A stretch of 64,000 nucleotides of DNA from Sedimentisphaerales bacterium (lineage in GTDB: Bacteria > Planctomycetota > Phycisphaerae > Sedimentisphaerales > Anaerobacaceae): NCBI GenBank assembly GCA_963708075.1, contig OY970194.1, positions 1,984,001-2,048,000 of the forward strand, read 5' to 3'. Under the pieces are notes generated by a model, which saw nothing but the letters and a program-made list of their open reading frames with translations, was not told where the DNA came from and ran no database searches. Position 1 is the first letter of the stretch. Each line of letters opens with the position of its first letter. The position numbers and the translations under genes were made by a program. Shown here piece after piece: positions 58,461 to 64,000 of this stretch.

Positions 58461-59650
58461 CTATGACTCCAAGAGCTGTCCCAGAAAGGCGCTCAGCCGC
58501 TCCGCCTGTTGCGCCCACGTGTGCTGTGCCAGCACCTGCTGACGGGCGAGTCGGCCAAGTTCCAGGAATTGATTTCTGGCAGCATATGCCTGCCGGATCG
58601 CTCCGGCCAACGCTTCAGGCGAGGCGTCCCGGGCAAAGAAGGCGAATGGCTTTCCATTAAGTACATTGCGGTGGGCGGGAATATCCGTCACGATCACTGG
58701 CTTGCCACAAGCCATGTACTCAAAGAGCTTGATCGGCGAACTCGTGTTCCATGCGTCACAAGGTGGAAACGGCAAGATGCCTGCATGGTGGCGCTGGATC
58801 TGGGCAGGCACCTCCTGATGCGGGATCGTATCTATCAACGTCACCCGTTCCTTCAGACCCAGGCGGTCGATCCATTCAAGAACTGCCTGCTCGCGGAGAG
58901 AGCTGATCAGCGTGAGCCGCGCGTCGATATCCCGGACCCGATCCATAGCCTGGACCAGCCGGTCCAGGCCGCGGCTGACACACAAAATGCCGCCGTGATA
59001 GATTAGCCGAAATGGGCCACCGTTCGGGGCACTATCCCCGAGCTCAAAGGTTCTCGGGATTCACCCCGGAGGTCCAGATTGCGCTCTGATGGTCAGGCAA
59101 GCGATAATGTTCAGCGCAGTAGCGCCGCATTTCTTCGGTAATATAGGTCACAGCAGAGAAATGGCGGCTTGCGAAAAGCAAGCACTCCGCAAATTTGCCC
59201 CATGCAGAATCATCGGTGCGCGTTGTGGTCGGTAACGTACGCACGTCGAGCACCATCCTGCATTGGTGTCTAAGGCATGACTGATACACCGAACGGACCA
59301 TTCCCAGATCATCCGTGCAATTAAGCAGTACAACCTTGGGCGAAAGCCTCACGATCTCTCTTCGGGCTGCGGTTTGCATCAGGAGATGCCGCGACACCTT
59401 TTGAACGATGCCCCGGCCAAATTGAGGAAAGCAAACGACAGGACGATCGCATACAACGATATTCAAGGGGCGGTTCTCGCCATCCGGTCAGGAAATGGAC
59501 CTCCCAGGCCCGCGCCAGGTTCTCCATAGTGTCGACCCAAGTGGCCTTGTCCACAGACTTGTCAAACAGCTTGACGGCAATCCAGAGCAGACGCGGTTTA
59601 GGTGCGAACGGCATGCTCGATCTATCGTTGGCTTTCAGGTCTCTCGCCAT
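58461..59650 (-). CDS. Glycosyltransferase family 4, split by two frameshifts (59472-59478 and 59049-59055)
   Basis: Three consecutive ORFs join after a single-base deletion in each GAGAACC (WRDRPLNI; SGVNPETFELG..IYHG); C-terminal SPIKLFEYMACGKPVI. Confidence 0.85.
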
Positions 59651-59657
59651 TCCGCCT

Positions 59658-60782
59658 CTATGACACAATCAGATCCAGGAGTCTTTTCATGTTCTTCTTC
59701 AGCGAATGATTCTCCAGTGCATATTCCCGCGCCCGCCTGCCCATATCGTCACGCAGGCCGGGATTATCGACAAGGCGCCTGACATCACGGACCATCTGCT
59801 CAAACGAGCCGGAGCAGTAACCGATCTTCTGCGTGGCGAGTATGTCATCGGGGTCCAGGAGCATGCTGACGACGGGTACCTCACGCATCCACGATTGCAC
59901 AAACGTGTTAGGCAGACCCTCATAGGTGCTGGTATTCACAAAGACGTGAGACTGCGCCAGGATACGATTGACTTCCTCGATCGGCTGCTCGCGCATGTAA
60001 GTGATATTCGGCAGTGCCCTGATCCCGGCGTCCAGTCCATCTTGGTATTTTCCCCTTGATGGCCGGCCGATCATGATGAATTGGACGTCCCTCTTCTCGG
60101 TAAACTCGCGTGCCAGGCGAATGAACATTTCGGGTTGCTTCAGCGGCTTGATATTGGCGACCCACACCACTTTGTATGTGCTGGTCTTGTCCAGGGGTCC
60201 CTCAGGTTCCGGCTGCTCCTTCAGGATAACTGTTGCCGTGCGCCCGTAGTACTTCCGGAGGAGATCCGCCTGAAACCTCGCATGAGCGACGACGTGCGTG
60301 GAATGATGAATGGCATAATCGATTGCTCGCCTTTCAATCACGTTAAACGGACGTTTCAGCAAGGAAGACAATGGCTGCGGTATGACATCCGCGGAGGACG
60401 CAACGTGCCAGATACTTGTGCACCCATGCTTCTTGGCATAGGCGGCTGTCATCGCCGCGAATGACCAGCCGCCCCGCACATAGACAACATCAGGTCGAAT
60501 CTCCTTGAGCAACCGAGATACAGACCGAAAGTAGAAGCTCCACGTTGCGCCAAATCTCTTTCGCGTCCGGATCGGTTTGAGCCGGTGTAATTCCAGGTTC
60601 AGCTTATTTGCGCAAGGCTGGCCATTATCTATGAAGATGTAATGCACTTGCATACCCTCAGCTATGGCCCGTTCGGCTAGGAGGTAACACTGGTACTCTG
60701 AGCCTCCGATGCATTGCTCGTAAAAAGTAGGCATCACAATGGCAATACGCAGAGGTCTAGTATTCATGCTCCACTTGCTCAC
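59658..60782 (-). CDS. Glycosyltransferase family 4
   Basis: GGSEYQ, WVANIKPLKQP, NTSTYEGLPNTFVQSW...VPVVS. Confidence 0.92.
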   Translation of the reverse strand: MSKWSMNTRPLRIAIVMPTFYEQCIGGSEYQCYLLAERAIAEGMQVHYIFIDNGQPCANKLNLELHRLKPIRTRKRFGATWSFYFRSVSRLLKEIRPDVVYVRGGWSFAAMTAAYAKKHGCTSIWHVASSADVIPQPLSSLLKRPFNVIERRAIDYAIHHSTHVVAHARFQADLLRKYYGRTATVILKEQPEPEGPLDKTSTYKVVWVANIKPLKQPEMFIRLAREFTEKRDVQFIMIGRPSRGKYQDGLDAGIRALPNITYMREQPIEEVNRILAQSHVFVNTSTYEGLPNTFVQSWMREVPVVSMLLDPDDILATQKIGYCSGSFEQMVRDVRRLVDNPGLRDDMGRRAREYALENHSLKKNMKRLLDLIVS

Positions 60783-61486
60783 CCCTCGAGTCCAGCATCA
60801 CGCAGGAAGGCTTTGAGACTCTCGTAGACAGGCTGATGAGATCGGCGGTAGCTCTCATAAGACGGTCCCAGTTGCCGCCGGACGGGCACGCCCTCCAACA
60901 TCTCCCCTGCCTTCACGAACAAGGGGAATTCCTCCCAGAAATCCGCAGGAACGGGGTCCCTTCCCAGATTCTCGCGGATGCTCCTGGCGTAGGCTTTCGC
61001 TTCCTCGACGTATGCCTTCTTCCGTTTCTGGTAGTACTCCTCAATGCTGCAGACGATCTTGACTGGGTTGCCAGCAGCCACAGAATTGGAGGGAACGTCC
61101 TTATTCACAAGTGAACACGCCCCAATGATGCAGTTGTCCCCAATAGTCACGCCTTTGACAATCACCACCCAGGTACCAAGGAACACATTACTCCCGATCC
61201 GGACCTTACCCGACGAACAGAGGATCTCGTGGTAGAGATTTCTGAGGACGAACCAATCGTACCCATGCGTCAGAATCGTGCAGCCTCGCGTGAAACAAAC
61301 GTTGTCTCCGATCTCAATAAGAGACGGGCGAGTCGTGTCGATGGAGATGTCCCGCAGGCCATGCCATTGCACTCCTTCACCAACCTTGCACCCCTTCTTC
61401 CTGAGCCACCGGGTGAATCTCTCGCCACTGGACTTCGCCCAGCGGTGCTCAATAGCACACCTCGTCTTTTTCACCAATCGGAGCAT
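60779..61486 (-). CDS. Hexapeptide-repeat O-acyltransferase
   Basis: LIEIGDNV, ILTHGY, IGSNVFLG....KGVTIGDNCIIGACSLVNKDVP..SVAAGNP; GGAGG SD before GTG/ATG 61489/61486. Confidence 0.9.
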   Translation of the reverse strand: MLRLVKKTRCAIEHRWAKSSGERFTRWLRKKGCKVGEGVQWHGLRDISIDTTRPSLIEIGDNVCFTRGCTILTHGYDWFVLRNLYHEILCSSGKVRIGSNVFLGTWVVIVKGVTIGDNCIIGACSLVNKDVPSNSVAAGNPVKIVCSIEEYYQKRKKAYVEEAKAYARSIRENLGRDPVPADFWEEFPLFVKAGEMLEGVPVRRQLGPSYESYRRSHQPVYESLKAFLRDAGLEG

Positions 61487-61506
61487 CACTACGTGTTCCT
61501 CCACCA
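61382..61506. repeat. Copy 1 of a ~125-bp imperfect direct repeat (SD plus 5' end of the acyltransferase)
   Basis: Aligns with 62297-62421 (shared AACCTTGCACCC, GGACTTCGCCCA, CTCAATAGCA, TCCTCCACCA). Confidence 0.8.
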
Positions 61507-61544
61507 TGATCTCGCCGAGACTATGCCAACCCATTGAGCCGGGC

Positions 61545-62252
61545 TCAGTCGGAATTTGCACGCTGTAGCACAAGCATCATAGCGTCTTTGAAAGCCGAGA
61601 TTCCTCCGAGAGTGACAACCGTAACCGGGACAGAGGCCAAGCTGAAAAGAAGCCGCAATCGCCGGGTTCTGGCTTTGCCACCGCCGTAGGTAGGATAGCG
61701 CTTTGCGAACAGAACACTGAGGTCGTGTTCCGCTGCGAATTGCCTCAGCCTCGGCATGGAGATCGACCACGCAAGAAAAGTCTTGAATGGACCGCGACCG
61801 TTCTTGCCCGCGTCCGGATTCCGCCCAACGTTGCGGTACCACCACACATGAAGCCAATGCGGAGAGAATTTCGTGGCCAGGCCGGAAGTACTGAGCACGT
61901 TGGGCAGAGCAAGAATCATGATACCGCCGGGAGCCAACCAGGTCGCAAAGTTCCTCAGCGCTTTCTCGGGCTCCTGCAGGTGCTCCAGCACATTCCAGCA
62001 TACGATCATGTCGAAGCAATTCGGAGGAAAGACGTACGACTGAACGTCCCCCAAGTGCCTCTCGGCCAGCTTCTCATTCAGTTGCAGCTGTCGCTCCGAA
62101 ACATCCAGCCCTATGATATGAACATTCTGGGGGAATCTGAATGCGGAATTAGAGCCGCACCCCGCTTCGAGGATGCGCACAGTCTCCAGGCGTGCGCAGT
62201 GCGCGGCCACAATGTCCTGTACGCCCGCACATGCTGGTTTTAGATTCGCCAT
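61545..62252 (-). CDS. Class I SAM-dependent methyltransferase
   Basis: ILEAGCGS, GLDVS, FDMIVC.NVLEHL, LAPGG. Confidence 0.9.
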   Translation of the reverse strand: MANLKPACAGVQDIVAAHCARLETVRILEAGCGSNSAFRFPQNVHIIGLDVSERQLQLNEKLAERHLGDVQSYVFPPNCFDMIVCWNVLEHLQEPEKALRNFATWLAPGGIMILALPNVLSTSGLATKFSPHWLHVWWYRNVGRNPDAGKNGRGPFKTFLAWSISMPRLRQFAAEHDLSVLFAKRYPTYGGGKARTRRLRLLFSLASVPVTVVTLGGISAFKDAMMLVLQRANSD

Positions 62253-62262
62253 AGTCCTGTCG

Positions 62263-62421
62263 TCACAACTCTATTCGGCGAACGAACGACAGATCTAACC
62301 TTGCACCCTTTTTTCTGAGCGACGAGGTGAGTCTCTTGCCATTGGACTTCGCCCAACGGTACTCAATAGCAGCCCTCATCCTCTTTGCTACCCGGAGCGT
62401 CATTACATACTCCTCCACCAC
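62263..62421 (-). pseudogene. Truncated duplicate of the acyltransferase 5' end (repeat copy 2)
   Basis: MTLRVAKRMRAAIEYRWAKSNGKRLTSSLRKKG versus MLRLVKKTRCAIEHRWAKSSGERFTRWLRKKG; keeps GGAGG SD and ATG 62403, ends after 46 codons. Confidence 0.75.
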
Positions 62422-62544
62422 TGCTCCTCTATAAGAGCGGCAACAGCACAAGCAACTCGATTTGCGAACCCCTCAATCGTAACGTCGCGTACGCACATAG
62501 GTACTGGCTTGAAATCAGCAAGCCCTTCCGGCTTGACACTATGG

Positions 62545-63690
62545 TCAAAAGGGTTCCGCCCTATCAACGTTGGCCTGGGGATGAACTGTGTCCGGCGCGA
62601 TCACACACCCGGGTTTAGGACCACACGGATGGTAGCGCAATCCCTCAGCATTCATGTATTTTCCGAGGAGACGGCGATATTGGGAGGATGGAGAGACACA
62701 CTTGGCCGCCATCTTCATCCACTTCCGCACTCCAATTCCCATCCAGACCCCCCTCAGAACTACAAACAATCGCTCCAACGCATTACCTTCGAGAAGACGA
62801 ATCTCCAACTGTGTTGCGACTATTTCCTTCTCGACGTCCGTCATCAGTCTCCGCAGGAGGTTTGAATCTAACCTGACTTCCGCGTGTTCCGCACCCAGAT
62901 CCGCGCGATAGTTGCTGAGGACGACCAGTTTCCTTCGCATACGTGTGGCGGCTCGTGCAAACAAGTATTGCCTGGTTGGCACCATGGGTTCTCCAGGCCG
63001 TCTACCCATTGCGTTGATGCAGCCACTGTGAAGACGACGCAATACCAACGGGTGAGAGATGGTCACGATGGTCCCAAGTAACCCGGAGCGAAAGGGAATC
63101 ACTGCGTCCTCATGGACTGTCTCAGGCAACATGGGGCCGAACACGTCGAAGACTTTCCGATGCCAAGCGTGAGACGCACCCGGCAGGCTCTGTACCATAG
63201 CGCCTGGGACTCGACGAGCGAGGTCCAACAATCCGGATGTGATAGACTGGTGGTGAATGGCTCCCATGCGCCCCTCTTCATCCATTATTCTCTGGGCAGA
63301 ATAAATGGACATTGCAGTGCCCTGGGAGGAATTGTACGCCTCGTAAATCCTGTCAGTTCGCTCCGGTAGAGATACATCATCTCCCGCGGCGGCAACGATC
63401 AGCTCACCACGAGCCAATTCCATGATTCGGTTGATGTGGCCACCGATACCGAGGTTCTTCGCATTTCGATTGAGGACGATAGTATGTGGTCCCCGGTAAG
63501 CGGCAGCCATTTCCTCTATGATCTTGTAGGTACGGTCTGAAGAGCAATCATCGGAAAGGATGATCTCCAGGGGACTATAGGTCTGCGAGAAAGCTCCTTC
63601 TACGGCTTCTCTGACATAGCGCTCCTGATTATAGGCTATCACAAAGAACGTAATGAGAGGACGCTCTTGCATGCTCGTCGCTGGTGTCAT
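62545..63690 (-). CDS. Glycosyltransferase family 2
   Basis: IAYNQE.YV..A, SQTY, IILSDDCSSD.T, NLGI..H.N, AAGDD.S.P.R, HED. Confidence 0.93.
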   Translation of the reverse strand: MTPATSMQERPLITFFVIAYNQERYVREAVEGAFSQTYSPLEIILSDDCSSDRTYKIIEEMAAAYRGPHTIVLNRNAKNLGIGGHINRIMELARGELIVAAAGDDVSLPERTDRIYEAYNSSQGTAMSIYSAQRIMDEEGRMGAIHHQSITSGLLDLARRVPGAMVQSLPGASHAWHRKVFDVFGPMLPETVHEDAVIPFRSGLLGTIVTISHPLVLRRLHSGCINAMGRRPGEPMVPTRQYLFARAATRMRRKLVVLSNYRADLGAEHAEVRLDSNLLRRLMTDVEKEIVATQLEIRLLEGNALERLFVVLRGVWMGIGVRKWMKMAAKCVSPSSQYRRLLGKYMNAEGLRYHPCGPKPGCVIAPDTVHPQANVDRAEPF

Positions 63691-64000
63691 GATATGTGTT
63701 TCCGATATGCAAACTTCGTCAAAACCATGGCAGCGAAGTCGCCGAGGGATGCAGCGCCTGCCACCCGGGAGAGCCCGAGGAGTGAGTAAAACGAGATTGC
63801 TACTGTCAACGCGCCGCCGAATACCAGGGTGGGCCAGCCCGGATACATCCGGCAGAGCACGGAGGCAACAAAGACCGACGACAAGACCACGCCGCCCAAG
63901 CGCAGGTTGGAACCGTTCCAGGTGAATCCTGTGACACTGTGAACCACGATCAACGTGAGCAGAGCATAAGAGAAATACATCCCAAAGAAAGCCATGCCCG
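63687..64000 (-). CDS. Probable Wzx-type flippase, C-terminal fragment (5' end outside window)
   Basis: Three hydrophobic helices; frame open to the window edge; ATGA overlap with the GT2; position in an EPS locus. Confidence 0.5.
   Translation of the reverse strand, partial: GMAFFGMYFSYALLTLIVVHSVTGFTWNGSNLRLGGVVLSSVFVASVLCRMYPGWPTLVFGGALTVAISFYSLLGLSRVAGAASLGDFAAMVLTKFAYRKHIS

Noticed and set aside
59044..59046. In-frame TGA in the glycosyltransferase as selenocysteine or readthrough
   Set aside because: The downstream coding sequence is in a different frame, so this is a frameshift, not readthrough.

Overview
A GC-rich bacterial window. The gene content (sulfatases, PQQ-propeller/malectin giants, a GLUG protein, DUF1080) suggests Planctomycetota, possibly Phycisphaerae; this is an inference. 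The left half (1-32.4 kb) holds sulfatases, two PQQ-propeller/methyltransferase-like/malectin proteins, DUF488, rubrerythrin, mscL-DUF481, a DUF748 protein with a lipoprotein, glycan-processing proteins and a ModABC-like transporter with two binding proteins. The right half (32.5-64 kb, all minus strand) is an exopolysaccharide locus running into a WecB/TagA-family glycosyltransferase, EpsI and an exosortase. These are followed by a 202-aa leader gene, eight tandem proteins with a variant PEP-CTERM tail (VP[VL]PAA..LG.LG.G.AG.KLR[KR][FHY][VA]) and a giant TPR protein. The top candidate novel system is the leader gene (43902-44510). It encodes a signal peptide, a CTERM-like helix and a C-terminal RGPP arrest-type motif. 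The codons from its Pro-Pro to its stop are complementary to the Shine-Dalgarno region of the first CTERM cargo gene, a SecM/MifM-like translational switch placed on an exosortase cargo array. Second, five frameshifts fall exactly at GGTTCTC/GAGAACC and are repaired by restoring GGTCTC. This is most likely a base-calling footprint of host DNA methylation rather than real pseudogenes. No rRNA, tRNA, CRISPR array or transposase was found.
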